From the IMG/VR virus record IMGVR_UViG_2595698524_000001, positions 1 to 64,000 of that record: a stretch of 64,000 nt of DNA, one strand, 5' to 3'. The position numbers and the translations under genes are program-made. Below are positions 45,959 to 56,574 of the stretch, piece by piece. Under the pieces are notes generated by a model. The model saw only the letters and a list, made by a program, of their open reading frames with translations. It was not told the DNA's origin and made no database searches. This DNA comes from a virus (taxonomy: Duplodnaviria > Caudoviricetes). Numbering within the stretch: the first letter of the stretch is position 1; the number at the start of each line of letters is the position of its first letter.

Positions 45959-48876
45959 GTTTGGTCGTGACGGTTGTAGCTCAGCACCACATCGTCCTTC
46001 AGACCGATACTGCCATCCGGTTCGATTTCCAGTTTCTTACCAAGCGTCGCACGTGCAGCAGGACTGAGTACCGTAAAGATACGCATGTCTTTGTCCACAC
46101 CCATCCCTTCCATCTCCGCAGAGATAATCGAACCTTGCAGCGCGGTTTTCAATGCTTCGGTGATGTCGGAGGTGGATACCGTTTGGTTCGATGCCAGCCA
46201 GTCGGTAATCACCAGACGGGTTTGCTCGCGGATTGCCTTAATCAGGTCAGAGTTCTGACGGTTAGACGCGGTCAGGTAGTAGTTAATGCTGAAGCGATTC
46301 TCGGCTTTAATCGGTGCCACAGTACCGTCGCCCAGACGAGCGTCGATATAACCCATGGTCGTTTGCGGCACGAAGTACCCGGTGGTACGTTCAAGCAGCT
46401 CGCTTTGAATCTTCGGCAATACTTCCGTCACGGTCTCAACGACAAAGTCTGTTACCTTATCGCGGTACGCCCGCACCTCTTTCGTGGTGGAGAACAGGTA
46501 ACGTGCGTCAAACACACCCATCTCACAGCGGAAGCGAACTTTACGCGGCTCAGCAATGATGGAGTTCCCTTGCGGGTCTTTCACCAGTTCGCCGGCTTTG
46601 TATTTCACTTTCTGTTTACCAGTCAGCTCGTCAATAACCGGGTCACCTTTACGGTGTAGGTATTGGAAGACAATCGGCGGGTCTTGTGTTTCGTCGATGG
46701 TGTATTTCGGCACACCACGCTCGTTACGGTCATAGACATCGTACTCCCATGTCGCCAGCACGTCTTGCGTGTAACGCAGGTAGTTAATCGAGTCAGTGAC
46801 TGGACGAGACTTACACCAGTACGCAGACAGGGATTTACCCAGTACCAGCTCCAGCGATTCATGGGTAATACCAATCGCGTCACGAGAAGGCGGGGTAATG
46901 TAAGTGTCCAGCGTTGCGCGTTCGTAATCCCGCGGGAAGTAGTTCGAGCAACCGTAGAACACGCTCATATCCACCGTCAGTGCCATCGGTAGCATTAACG
47001 TGTTTTCACCGACGTTGAAATTAGTCATAATCATTTCGTGATTACGGTCAACGTCAAGGTTGGTTTTCAGTTCAAACTCGAACACACGCTCATCATCTAA
47101 GTAACCGACCAGTTTACCGTTGACATACGCACGGTCTGTCCCGTACCCACGCGGGGTAAAGGAAATCTGTGCCCAGCACTGGTCATCCGCTAACGCTTTG
47201 TACGCTTCTGAGGAACGAGTCACCACACGCAGTTTGTACCCTTCTTCCGTACGCACCACCTCGTAGTTCTCGGTTACCACCTGCAGTTCCGTTGTCGGGT
47301 TGGTCGACATAAAGCGCTTCGACTCAATCGCTGGTTTTGCCAGATGGTAAACACGGACACTTAACGCGTCGTTGTTTCGGTCAACCACGTAATGGAACGG
47401 CGTGTAGTAGTAACTCGCTGCGTTAGCTGCGGCCACCAAATCACGGCTGGTCATAAAACGCTGACCTTCCGTCATCGCAGGGTCAACATACAACCCGGTA
47501 CCGTCTGACTTATAAATAGTCTCCGGCAGGATGGTTGCGCGGTTACCATTGAATCGCACTGTCGAAAGGGCTTCCAGCTCTTCCCACGTAAAGTACAGTG
47601 GGGCTGCTAACGTACCAATCGGCGAACTGACTTCTTTCAGTGTGGACTCCGGCATCGGCGATGACAAGTGATACGTCCGCGAGGTAACGTAGTCAATTGG
47701 CTTGGTCAGGCTGAGACCGTACATCGTGTCGACAGTTGAACGCAGTTGTGCTTCACTGATAGGGGCCTTACGCGCACCAATCGAGTTATCGATAACGCGA
47801 GCACGGAACTCTTCCAGCGTCAACGGGTTACGCCCACCGACAGTCGTCGCCTGTGAAATCACACGACGCACTGAGAGCGATTTAAACGGGTTGGAGTAGT
47901 TCTCGTCCGTCTCTTCGTTCAAGTCCGCCATGTACATCTGGAAGTCGTCAGCAGGATAGTTGCTGAGGTCAATCGACAACGGCCCCAATGTGGTATACAC
48001 GTCAATGCGCACATCGCCGGTCACTTGCCCACTATTGATGTACACTTCTGGAATCTTCACCGAGAGGACATTCGACCCCAGTTCCATGACCGCGGTAGGA
48101 ACAGATGGGTCATAGACTTCTTTCGAGAAAGTCTGTGCCAGCTCTTTCCATTTATTCCCGGTTGCGGTGTTACGCATCCACGCACGAGCATAGAAGAACT
48201 TGTTGTTGAACGGGAAGGTACGCTTCCAGCCGGTGTCCGGCAAAATCACATCGGTCGCAGTCGAGATAGCATACTGCATCATCGGGATTTTGATACGCAG
48301 CAAGTTGACACCGCTGTCGGCCGTCGTGACCATCCAGTCCAAGGCGTTGGTGTCAACCTCTTTTACTGGGTTGGCCGGTTCTGTGACCCACAGCACTTCG
48401 AAAGAGTCAAACGGCAGCACCTGAATCTCGATAGCGTACTGTAATGTGAACGTGTAGCCCGCCACTTTAACGTACGAGTCACGAGGAATAATGATACGAC
48501 GAATCCCTTGTGTCTCCAGCGGCATCGCACGGGTACGTAAGGAGTCAACGTCCACGTAAAGTAGCATGTGCGTGGTAGAAGGCTGGGCAAAGATGTCCAC
48601 AGCATCGCGGTCGGACATGTGGCGGTACAAGTCTTCCCACGACGTTGCCATCGATGCGTACATCTTCGGCAGTAACTGACGCATACCTTCAATCGTCGAG
48701 TGGCTCAGCATCACACCCATCTCGGCAATGAATGCAACCGGGTCAGTTGGGTCGGCCAACGTCATTCCCGGTTTAGCAACGGCCTGACGCAGGGTGTTCA
48801 GCGACAACGTTTGCATTAAAGCGGGGTTGTGTGCCACGGTGAGCACTTTACCAGAGAGGTCCTGAATTGTTTCCAT
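45952..48876 (-). CDS. baseplate wedge protein (baseplate J/T4 gp6-like; phiKZ gp87-like)
   Basis: ~974 aa; TVGGRNPLTLEEFRAR resembles the baseplate-J GG.d.e..e..r.R motif; start coupled to the upstream stop. Confidence 0.65.
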   Translation of the reverse strand: METIQDLSGKVLTVAHNPALMQTLSLNTLRQAVAKPGMTLADPTDPVAFIAEMGVMLSHSTIEGMRQLLPKMYASMATSWEDLYRHMSDRDAVDIFAQPSTTHMLLYVDVDSLRTRAMPLETQGIRRIIIPRDSYVKVAGYTFTLQYAIEIQVLPFDSFEVLWVTEPANPVKEVDTNALDWMVTTADSGVNLLRIKIPMMQYAISTATDVILPDTGWKRTFPFNNKFFYARAWMRNTATGNKWKELAQTFSKEVYDPSVPTAVMELGSNVLSVKIPEVYINSGQVTGDVRIDVYTTLGPLSIDLSNYPADDFQMYMADLNEETDENYSNPFKSLSVRRVISQATTVGGRNPLTLEEFRARVIDNSIGARKAPISEAQLRSTVDTMYGLSLTKPIDYVTSRTYHLSSPMPESTLKEVSSPIGTLAAPLYFTWEELEALSTVRFNGNRATILPETIYKSDGTGLYVDPAMTEGQRFMTSRDLVAAANAASYYYTPFHYVVDRNNDALSVRVYHLAKPAIESKRFMSTNPTTELQVVTENYEVVRTEEGYKLRVVTRSSEAYKALADDQCWAQISFTPRGYGTDRAYVNGKLVGYLDDERVFEFELKTNLDVDRNHEMIMTNFNVGENTLMLPMALTVDMSVFYGCSNYFPRDYERATLDTYITPPSRDAIGITHESLELVLGKSLSAYWCKSRPVTDSINYLRYTQDVLATWEYDVYDRNERGVPKYTIDETQDPPIVFQYLHRKGDPVIDELTGKQKVKYKAGELVKDPQGNSIIAEPRKVRFRCEMGVFDARYLFSTTKEVRAYRDKVTDFVVETVTEVLPKIQSELLERTTGYFVPQTTMGYIDARLGDGTVAPIKAENRFSINYYLTASNRQNSDLIKAIREQTRLVITDWLASNQTVSTSDITEALKTALQGSIISAEMEGMGVDKDMRIFTVLSPAARATLGKKLEIEPDGSIGLKDDVVLSYNRHDQTK

Positions 48877-50096
48877 TATAAAAGTCCTGCTTGTTTCAGC
48901 ACGTACTCGTAATCGGTCTGATAGACCCACCACGACAGTTGCCGACGGATGGTATCGATGTGCGGATAGCCGTAGTAGTTGAACAGCGGCAGTTCATGAA
49001 CTTCGAGTTTGCGAAGGAAGCTCGCCCCGATAGGCATAAACTCATCGTAGTTCGGGTCCGGAATCATATCCGGGTTAAAGATGGCGACCGTACGGTTGAA
49101 CATGTCCATGTAAAGCGGGTCATCGTAACGTGCCCCAATCATCTGCCATTGAATGGTGATGGTCACATCGTCGTTAAGCTGTGGCTTGGTGTTGTCGACA
49201 CTGGCCATGGCCCCGGCGTTGTTATTGGTCGGCCACATGATGCAGCCACACGTAAAGCGCTGGATGTTACCGAGAGAATCGTAGTTGATGGTGTAGATAC
49301 GAGACTGGTAATCGATACGGCGCTGAATGGAGTTAATGATACGTGGCTTAAACTTGCCTTTACGTACCCCCGCCATATACTCGAGCCATACCGTCATCAT
49401 TTTCATAATCGGGTTACCGACCATGTTGTTGAAAGTAGTCGAGCCACTGTAGGCGTAGTTCACTTCCCACGTCGAATCGACAATACCCCACTGCTCACGT
49501 TCAATACCTTCGTTCGATAACCAGCTGTCAACCGAGTTGTCTGGCGGGCCTGAGAAACTCACCAGCGAGGAGCTGAGTAATGGTATGAAGGCCTGCAAGT
49601 TGTCAAACGGCACTTCCGGGCGAAACGGTTTACCCAAAGCGGGTTCATCGCTGGCAGCAAAGCCAAATGGGAACAAGGGGTCAAGGGCCGCAAGGATAGA
49701 GTAATCCAGCGACGCGGTGTCCTGCGCACACATATTCGCAAACCGTCGGGATTGCGAGATATTGTTGTAATCGAGGTTTAAATCGGGCCTTACGATAAAC
49801 GACACCCCGCCGTATTCGCGGTTCACGGGAACTGGGTTGTTCGCCATCCTATGGTTGAACCCCATTAAGGGGTTAGTGAGCCTTTGAGCCGCTAAGCCCA
49901 TACCCTTTGACAACCCGATACGGTTTTTCCACGTGGTCAATTCATCGTTGAGATTGTACGGAGTTACCGGGTTAGTGGTAGACGTACGACTGTCTAAGTA
50001 ACTCGCGAGAGATGGGATTTCCGCCCCTTCACCGGTGGCGTCGGATGTTTCTTTTCTTAACGCTTCAATCTCTGCCTGTTGTTTATAATCGGCCAT
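48876..50096 (-). CDS. virion structural protein (tail-tube-like baseplate component; phiKZ gp88-like)
   Basis: 406 aa; synteny; fold assignment is inference. Confidence 0.5.
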   Translation of the reverse strand: MADYKQQAEIEALRKETSDATGEGAEIPSLASYLDSRTSTTNPVTPYNLNDELTTWKNRIGLSKGMGLAAQRLTNPLMGFNHRMANNPVPVNREYGGVSFIVRPDLNLDYNNISQSRRFANMCAQDTASLDYSILAALDPLFPFGFAASDEPALGKPFRPEVPFDNLQAFIPLLSSSLVSFSGPPDNSVDSWLSNEGIEREQWGIVDSTWEVNYAYSGSTTFNNMVGNPIMKMMTVWLEYMAGVRKGKFKPRIINSIQRRIDYQSRIYTINYDSLGNIQRFTCGCIMWPTNNNAGAMASVDNTKPQLNDDVTITIQWQMIGARYDDPLYMDMFNRTVAIFNPDMIPDPNYDEFMPIGASFLRKLEVHELPLFNYYGYPHIDTIRRQLSWWVYQTDYEYVLKQAGLL

Positions 50097-50117
50097 TTTT
50101 CAACTCCGGAGTTAAAA

Positions 50118-51266
50118 ATGAAAAAAGATGTTGAGACAACTCTTGTCTCTTTCTTAACTAAGTTCCCTGATTTTATCAGGCAGCGCCATGATAGCCTCGA
50201 AGAGTTCAATGCGCAGCTGTATAACGAATATCTGACCATGGTCGAACAGTCGTTGTCCTCGCTGGACTATCTGCCGGGCATTCTGGACTCTATCCAAACC
50301 TTGCTGGCAGCCAACCAATTGACGGCGATATCGCTGTTGGTCGGTGTACCTGATGTGGACATCGTGGGGACGCTGGATAAGATTTCTACTAAGCGCTCAC
50401 CGCTTGACGCGGCCGCACGTACCGGTTCACGCTTAGGTGCAGCGTTCGCTGCTGGTGAATCGACCCGTCTGGGACTGCCGTCATACGATAAACTCATCCC
50501 TGCGGTTGAGTCTACTCGTCCGGGACGTCGCGTTGCTCGTGAATCTACCGAGAACGTAGAAGACATCCTGCTGAACGGCGACAAGACCGCCAACGCGGGT
50601 TACGGCAAAGACACGCTGAAACAGATTAACGACATGGACAAATTGTCCACCGGTAAGATGTTCTCCTGTGTGTTCGAGCGCGACGGTAACAAAGCTGAGC
50701 TGATGCTCCGCCTGCGTCTGGCTGTTAAGTCTGCGCCGACGGCTGCTATGCGTACCTTCATCGCTTTCAGCGACCAAACCAAAACCTTCTCTGAGCGCTG
50801 GATTAAAGCCGGTGTGGGTCAGCTGGGTTATGCGAAGGATATCTTCTTCTCTAACGACCTGATTGACGAGTACCGTAAAAATCGCTACCGCGACAAGACC
50901 GGCTACTACAAGCAGCTCATGGAACGCCGCAACGGTAACTGGCTGTCTGGCCTGCTGAGCTTCTCCCCGTCTATCAACAACGCTTCGGCTGTGATGATTG
51001 TGTCTCGTGACACTCTCGATGGCCTGCAGGCTGAACTGGGCGGTGACTTCGACGATTACAACGTTCGTAAGCGCGTCTTTGAAGATACGCTGACCGTGTA
51101 CTTCGTGGTAGTCGATACCCAGTGGAACCGCGTGGTGATTTACACCCGTGGCATGGACGGCGCAATGGAGTTGGATAAGTCTGACTTCGCGAAATCCAGC
51201 AAGGGCGGTTCAAACGTGAACCAGATTATCGAAGCATATCGTTCTGGCGCACAGCCGGTACTGTAA
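50118..51266 (+). CDS. internal head protein (phiKZ gp89-like)
   Basis: clustered AGE-S, AVE-S and ARE-S sites; ATG after GGAG. Confidence 0.65.
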   Translation: MKKDVETTLVSFLTKFPDFIRQRHDSLEEFNAQLYNEYLTMVEQSLSSLDYLPGILDSIQTLLAANQLTAISLLVGVPDVDIVGTLDKISTKRSPLDAAARTGSRLGAAFAAGESTRLGLPSYDKLIPAVESTRPGRRVARESTENVEDILLNGDKTANAGYGKDTLKQINDMDKLSTGKMFSCVFERDGNKAELMLRLRLAVKSAPTAAMRTFIAFSDQTKTFSERWIKAGVGQLGYAKDIFFSNDLIDEYRKNRYRDKTGYYKQLMERRNGNWLSGLLSFSPSINNASAVMIVSRDTLDGLQAELGGDFDDYNVRKRVFEDTLTVYFVVVDTQWNRVVIYTRGMDGAMELDKSDFAKSSKGGSNVNQIIEAYRSGAQPVL

Positions 51267-51276
51267 GGGCGGTGAA

Positions 51277-52197
51277 ATGAACATTTCGAATGTATTAAGC
51301 ACCATGCTGCCGAGCTTTGAAAGCTCCCAGCTGAAAGACAGCGTCCGTGACAACACGGCGGCTATCACCAACGAACTGCTGCCGCAGTACCAAACACTGC
51401 GTGAAGTCGTCGGTGTTGATTTCAAATCCGCAGATGTGAAGAAGATGTCGAAAGATATCACCGGCTATCTGCGCGATACTAAACTCGAACTGAAGGGTGT
51501 GCATAACGCCACGATGGTCGACTACATTATCGAAGTCATGAAAAACATCGGCACGCTGCAGGGCTTCCTGATTGAGCGTATCGATGCGGACATCGGTAAA
51601 AAGGTGATGACGGCCCAGCTGTCATTTAACAAACAAACCCTGCTGCACCTGATTGACCTGATTGAGTTCTATGGTCAGTACACTGCGACGTTGATTAACT
51701 GGCTGACGCACGAAGAGCTGCAAGCCGTTGACACCAACATCAAAACGCAGGGTGTGGCACCGACTGACCTGAAATACCTGCAGATGCGTATGGCGACCTT
51801 TGGTGTGGCCACCCGTATTCTGGGTACGCCGGTCAACAAACTCAAAGCGGACTACGGTGAGATCCCGGATGCGATGTTCACGGAAGAAACCTTCTATGAA
51901 CTGACCCGCGCTTTCGGTCAGGAAAAGACTGACCCGATGGGGATGTCCTCCGTTCCGTTCCCGCTGTCTGTTATCTTCCGCATTCGCCTGAACATGGCTG
52001 AGCGTCAGATGGACCACCTCGATGAGCTGACCACTGCTGCAAAAGCCACCGAGCTGCGTCTGATGCTTTACCGTCGCCAGCTGGCCGAAGGTACGGGTGA
52101 TGCGTACACCGAAGACCTCATCGAAGCACAAGAGAAACGTCTGAACGATCTCAAGTACAAACGTGAGCGTCTGGAGAAGAAGTATGGATTACAATAA
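51277..52197 (+). CDS. head protein (phiKZ gp90-like)
   Basis: 306 aa helical protein in the head cluster. Confidence 0.6.
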   Translation: MNISNVLSTMLPSFESSQLKDSVRDNTAAITNELLPQYQTLREVVGVDFKSADVKKMSKDITGYLRDTKLELKGVHNATMVDYIIEVMKNIGTLQGFLIERIDADIGKKVMTAQLSFNKQTLLHLIDLIEFYGQYTATLINWLTHEELQAVDTNIKTQGVAPTDLKYLQMRMATFGVATRILGTPVNKLKADYGEIPDAMFTEETFYELTRAFGQEKTDPMGMSSVPFPLSVIFRIRLNMAERQMDHLDELTTAAKATELRLMLYRRQLAEGTGDAYTEDLIEAQEKRLNDLKYKRERLEKKYGLQ

Positions 52198-52741
52198 CCC
52201 AGATTACAGTGCTGCCGTACGAGTCATTGACGATTATATGGAGAAGCTGCAAAAGAACCCGATTATGGTCCATGACGACACCGTTATCCATGGGGTTCTC
52301 GCGGCTGCTGCTGTCATTCTCCCGCGGTTTAAACTGATGTGTGTTGAATCCGTTCAACGCGTATTATATGACGACTTCAAACAGTTGGGATATACGTTCA
52401 ATGCGTTTTATAATGAAACGATTGCGTTTGTCTTAGACGGGAAGCGTCGCCAATCGGGAACAGGCAGCTACGCGTCGATAATTCAGGCGTACCTGAACGA
52501 CATTACCAGCACCGTGCATGCCGACGATTTCGGTAGCCTGGGTGCGGCGATTTTGAACTCGACGTTTGGACGCTCAGGAACGGTACGTTCAATGGGTCCG
52601 GTGAATTACTCCATCAAGCCGGACATGCGCGCATTATCTTATGCAGACCACGAATTACTGGCACAATGGATTACGCGTGTAAACGGTCTTTCCGACATGG
52701 TTACATCGTTATCTGTTTTCTTGAAGATCGCACGTCCCTAA
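52184..52741 (+). CDS. putative head protein
   Basis: ATG after GGAG; overlaps the upstream stop. Confidence 0.6.
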   Translation: MDYNNPDYSAAVRVIDDYMEKLQKNPIMVHDDTVIHGVLAAAAVILPRFKLMCVESVQRVLYDDFKQLGYTFNAFYNETIAFVLDGKRRQSGTGSYASIIQAYLNDITSTVHADDFGSLGAAILNSTFGRSGTVRSMGPVNYSIKPDMRALSYADHELLAQWITRVNGLSDMVTSLSVFLKIARP

Positions 52742-52801
52742 GGGGGCCCCTTTCTAGGGGCGTGTAGTTTACATGGTTAACCAAAAACAGGAACCACAAA
52801 T

Positions 52802-54097
52802 ATGAACTTTATGCAAAAACGGGCAGCTCGTGAGTCTATCGAAGACGGCGCTACCGACGCAGGTATCAGCAACATCTCTACCGGCGAAGACAACCTGGAC
52901 GTCCAACTGACCGAAGTTGCTCCGCTGGATCAACAGATGGATCAGCTGGCGGGCGATGCTGAAGTCCTGGCTGCCGACACCGAGCGTACCGAAGCTGCGA
53001 TCGACAACGCTGATGAAGCGCTGGCCGCTGGCGAAGAACTGCCAGAAGAAGAACTGGCACCGGCAATCGTTGCTGGTGAGAGCATCCGTCGCCGCTGGCG
53101 TCTGGAGACCCCGCAGGTTGCTCGTGAAAGCTTCCGCCGTGGTCGTGGCCTGACTCGTTCTGCCTGCGAAGGCTGGAAAGAGAACCTGAAAAAACTGTGG
53201 CAGGCGTTCATCGAAATGGTGCGCACTGTTATCCGTAAAGCGAAAGAGCTGAAGCTGAAATATTTCAACGTCGGCAAATCTGCGGTCAAGCGTGCGAAAG
53301 CGTACGAAGAGCGCATGAAAAAGCTGGGCACCAAGAAAGAGAAAGACGAAATCTCTGGTAGCTTCGTAGACAAACTGTCTATCGAAGGCAAATTCGATCC
53401 GGAAGCGTCTGCCTCTATCGCGAAAGAAGCGACCCAGGGTAAAGCCAAAGGCGCGATCAGCAAACTGGCTGCTCAGGCTGACAAAGCTGCTGCATTCGTT
53501 GTTTCTGCTTCTGAAGGCGGCGAAACTTCCTTCTCCGATCCAGCTGGCGGTAAAGTTGAGCTGTTCGGTACTGCCGGTTCTAAACTGCGCGTGCTGCCTC
53601 AGTTCGATGACGCTACTGGCGTCGATGCGATGCAGACCATCATGGCTCTGCCGGGTAACGCCTATATCCAGTGCGCTACCAAAAAGCTCAGCACCAAAGA
53701 CGGTGAATCTACTCTGACCGTTGTTGCGTTCACCACTACTGGTGATGCGAACGATGAGAAGAACGTCCCGACTCCGGACGCGGGCAAACTGCGTGCCGCT
53801 ATCTCCAGCCTGAAAGCTGTCGGCGAAGGCTTCGAAAAAGTCCTGAAAGACTTCGATGCGTATGACCGTGAGCTGGACAAACTGGAAAAAGCTGCTGATA
53901 AAGCATCCAAAGCGTTCGATAAAGCGACCGACGAAGGTGACCGCACTCTGCTGTCTAACTCTCGTACCATCGCTGATCAGGCGGTTCGTAACTATCAGGC
54001 TCTGAACCGTGGCGTACAGCACGTTGGTCGTACTGTTATCGCTGGTCTGTCCGGTTACATCGGTGCCGGCATCGGCGCGTACGGCAACAGCAAGTAA
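52802..54097 (+). CDS. abundant internal head protein, paralog A (phiKZ gp93 family; SPN3US gp53-like)
   Basis: 431 aa; acidic propeptide with ARE-S, AGE-S and ARE-S sites; high-expression codon bias. Confidence 0.8.
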   Translation: MNFMQKRAARESIEDGATDAGISNISTGEDNLDVQLTEVAPLDQQMDQLAGDAEVLAADTERTEAAIDNADEALAAGEELPEEELAPAIVAGESIRRRWRLETPQVARESFRRGRGLTRSACEGWKENLKKLWQAFIEMVRTVIRKAKELKLKYFNVGKSAVKRAKAYEERMKKLGTKKEKDEISGSFVDKLSIEGKFDPEASASIAKEATQGKAKGAISKLAAQADKAAAFVVSASEGGETSFSDPAGGKVELFGTAGSKLRVLPQFDDATGVDAMQTIMALPGNAYIQCATKKLSTKDGESTLTVVAFTTTGDANDEKNVPTPDAGKLRAAISSLKAVGEGFEKVLKDFDAYDRELDKLEKAADKASKAFDKATDEGDRTLLSNSRTIADQAVRNYQALNRGVQHVGRTVIAGLSGYIGAGIGAYGNSK

Positions 54098-54168
54098 TTG
54101 CTGAGCTGGTAAGATAACCGTCCAACTTCTTTAACGAGGGGCCAGGTGGCCCCTTAGAGGAATCGATA

Positions 54169-55443
54169 ATGAACTTTATGCAACAACGTGCTGCGCGCGA
54201 ATCTATCGCCGACGACATCATCCTGGTTGACGCAGTAGACCTGCCGCAGGATTCTGTTGAAGGTATTCTGTCTGACGTACAGTCTGACACCAAGCAGATC
54301 GACAGCCTCGACGCTGACGGTCAGCTGATGGCTGAAGATGGCGACGAAACCGAAGCAACTCTGGGCGTGCTGGACGAAGCTCAGGCGGCTGCTGACGGCG
54401 AAACGCCGGAAGACGGTTCTGACCCGATGGAAGTTGAAGACGACATGAGCGAAGATGCTGCGGAAGCGGTTGAAGTGGCTCAGGAGTCTATCCGTCGTCG
54501 CTGGTTCCCGCACAAAGCTTCTGTAGCGCAGGAAAGCTTCGGTGCTCGTCACCGTCGTACTGCGGTTCGTGAAAGCCTGTGGGATACCATCAAACAGTTC
54601 CTGCGTAACGCAGTTGAGTGGATCAAAGCACAGTTCCGCAAACTGAAAGACCGCTGGCTGAAATTCAGCAACAAAGGTAAATCCATCCAGAAAAAATCTA
54701 AAGCTTTCGACGCGGCTATCCGTAAACTGGGTACCAAGAAAAAAGACGAGATCTCTGGTGGCTTTATCAAACAGCTGTCTGTCGGTAAATCCTTCAAAGG
54801 TAACGACACTGCGTTCCTGAACGAGCAGCTTTCTGGCGTGATCGGCTTCCAGTCCTTCCAGGCTGGTGTGCTGGACGGCATCTCCGGTATCGTTGAGAAA
54901 GCGGCTGCAGGTACTGTAACGGCTGAGCAGGTTCGTTCTGCTATGGCAGAGCAGAGCAAAGACGCTGAGAAAGAAGTCGGCGGCAACGGTGAAGAAAGCA
55001 TCATCGGCGGCAAGTTCATCAAAGTTGAAGCATCTGAGTCTGATGCAGAGATGGCTACCATCTCCCTGATCGACGACGAAGCTGAAGCTGAATCCGAAGT
55101 TCCGACTCCGGCTATTCCGCAGATGAACAACGTCAACACCTTCTTCAACAAGCTGGGCATCGAGATCGAGAAACGCGTTAAAGCGTATCACTCTAACGAA
55201 CAGAAAGCTGAAAAATACCGTAGCGGTATTGAAAAGGTTCTGCGTAAAGTTGACAACATCAAAGTCGGCGAAGACAAAGAGCTGGAAGAAGCTGTACGTC
55301 AGCTGCGCGTAGCGGTTAACGGCGCGAACTCCTTCGTGTCCTTCACTGAGCGTGTTGCTGCACACGTGCTGGTCTCTCTGACCGCGGGTGTGAACGGCTA
55401 CCTGGCTGCAGGTATCGCTGCGTACGACAAATCCAAAAGCTAA
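54169..55443 (+). CDS. abundant internal head protein, paralog B (SPN3US gp54-like)
   Basis: 424 aa; shares MNFMQ.RAARESI, ESIRRRW and KLGTKK.KDEISG with the upstream gene. Confidence 0.8.
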   Translation: MNFMQQRAARESIADDIILVDAVDLPQDSVEGILSDVQSDTKQIDSLDADGQLMAEDGDETEATLGVLDEAQAAADGETPEDGSDPMEVEDDMSEDAAEAVEVAQESIRRRWFPHKASVAQESFGARHRRTAVRESLWDTIKQFLRNAVEWIKAQFRKLKDRWLKFSNKGKSIQKKSKAFDAAIRKLGTKKKDEISGGFIKQLSVGKSFKGNDTAFLNEQLSGVIGFQSFQAGVLDGISGIVEKAAAGTVTAEQVRSAMAEQSKDAEKEVGGNGEESIIGGKFIKVEASESDAEMATISLIDDEAEAESEVPTPAIPQMNNVNTFFNKLGIEIEKRVKAYHSNEQKAEKYRSGIEKVLRKVDNIKVGEDKELEEAVRQLRVAVNGANSFVSFTERVAAHVLVSLTAGVNGYLAAGIAAYDKSKS

Positions 55444-55466
55444 TCATTGATTAGTCGATGGTGAGT

Positions 55467-55498
55467 AATGGGGCCTTCGGGCCCCATTTCTTTTTTTT
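55467..55498 (+). terminator. intrinsic terminator
   Basis: AATGGGGCC-TTCG-GGCCCCATT followed by a T-tract. Confidence 0.9.
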
Positions 55499-55510
55499 AA
55501 TTTTTTACGG

Positions 55511-55529
55511 ATATATGTAATCGTAGTGA
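55511..55529 (+). promoter_or_regulatory. putative early promoter
   Basis: ATATATG-TAA-TCGTA-GTGA. Confidence 0.5.
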
Positions 55530-55547
55530 TAACCACGAGGAGAAATC

Positions 55548-56021
55548 ATGAAAGAATTACACATTTTGAATCTGTCCGGCGTCAAAGAAGCCGAGCACGA
55601 TAAAGATTATCTGTTCCTTACCTTCCACGGCGAGAGCGGGAACTACTTGGTTCACAAGGTAGTGGCTGAAGGTATTGTGACGTGGATGCTCGCGAACGAA
55701 GACCAAGGCGGTTACTATCCGCTCGTGTTTGGCGACTTTAAACTCAACGCAGGCCGCCCGTACAAACACCACCACAAAACGCACAAAGAACGTCTGCGTA
55801 ACAAACGTTATTACTTCCGCGAATGGTTTGCTTGTGAAGCGGAAGTAAATCGCACGAAAACGGAACATCCGGGTATTGCGATTTCCATACCGGGTGGTAA
55901 TGTCCGTGTTCGCCGTAATAGTACCCCTGGCTGGGATAAAGGCCCACACGACTGGCATTTAGAGTGGCGCATCTTCATGCCCGTTGCTAACTTCACCATT
56001 AAACCAACTACTGACTTCTAA
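55548..56021 (+). CDS. hypothetical protein, tandem family member 1
   Basis: GAGGAG RBS; similar to the next ORF. Confidence 0.8.
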   Translation: MKELHILNLSGVKEAEHDKDYLFLTFHGESGNYLVHKVVAEGIVTWMLANEDQGGYYPLVFGDFKLNAGRPYKHHHKTHKERLRNKRYYFREWFACEAEVNRTKTEHPGIAISIPGGNVRVRRNSTPGWDKGPHDWHLEWRIFMPVANFTIKPTTDF

Positions 56022-56046
56022 TTCTATTTATACTGAGGAATCAATC

Positions 56047-56574
56047 ATGACCGTTCGTCAATCTAAAGGCCGTAAAGAAAAACTGTCCCTGCACGTTCTG
56101 GATATCGCCAACGTGTATACCGATGCCAATGGCCAAATCGTACTGGAGTTCGAAGGGAAAAACGCCCGTGAAGTGCGCCTTATCAAAGAAACCGCTTACG
56201 GCATTCTGGCGTGGCTGTCTGGCTGGACTGAAGACAACCAGCAGGTTAATCTGGAATTCAACGATGTGATTCTGGATGCCTCTCGTCCGAAAAGCAAACG
56301 CACCGAAAAGCACTATGACCGTCTGCGCGAAGTAATGGCGCTGATTAACACCGCTACCCGTATCAATATCGACAGCGGTAGCTTTGCCTGCTACTTCACC
56401 GTGGGTGATGTTGACCCCGAACTGGAGCCGCATGTGGTCCACCGTCTGTTGGTCGACGATGCTGACATTCGCGTTGACTTCACGGAAGAAGTGGCCAACA
56501 TCTACGTTTATAAGCCGGTGCGTCAGGCGTTCCTGTCGCAGTACACTCGTACTCCTGTAGAGGAAACAGAATAA
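56047..56574 (+). CDS. hypothetical protein, tandem family member 2
   Basis: ATG after GAGGA. Confidence 0.8.
   Translation: MTVRQSKGRKEKLSLHVLDIANVYTDANGQIVLEFEGKNAREVRLIKETAYGILAWLSGWTEDNQQVNLEFNDVILDASRPKSKRTEKHYDRLREVMALINTATRINIDSGSFACYFTVGDVDPELEPHVVHRLLVDDADIRVDFTEEVANIYVYKPVRQAFLSQYTRTPVEETE

Noticed and set aside
52769-55365. 417-aa and 403-aa antisense ORFs opposite the head paralogs
   Set aside because: Same codon-bias shadow; they co-extend with highly expressed genes
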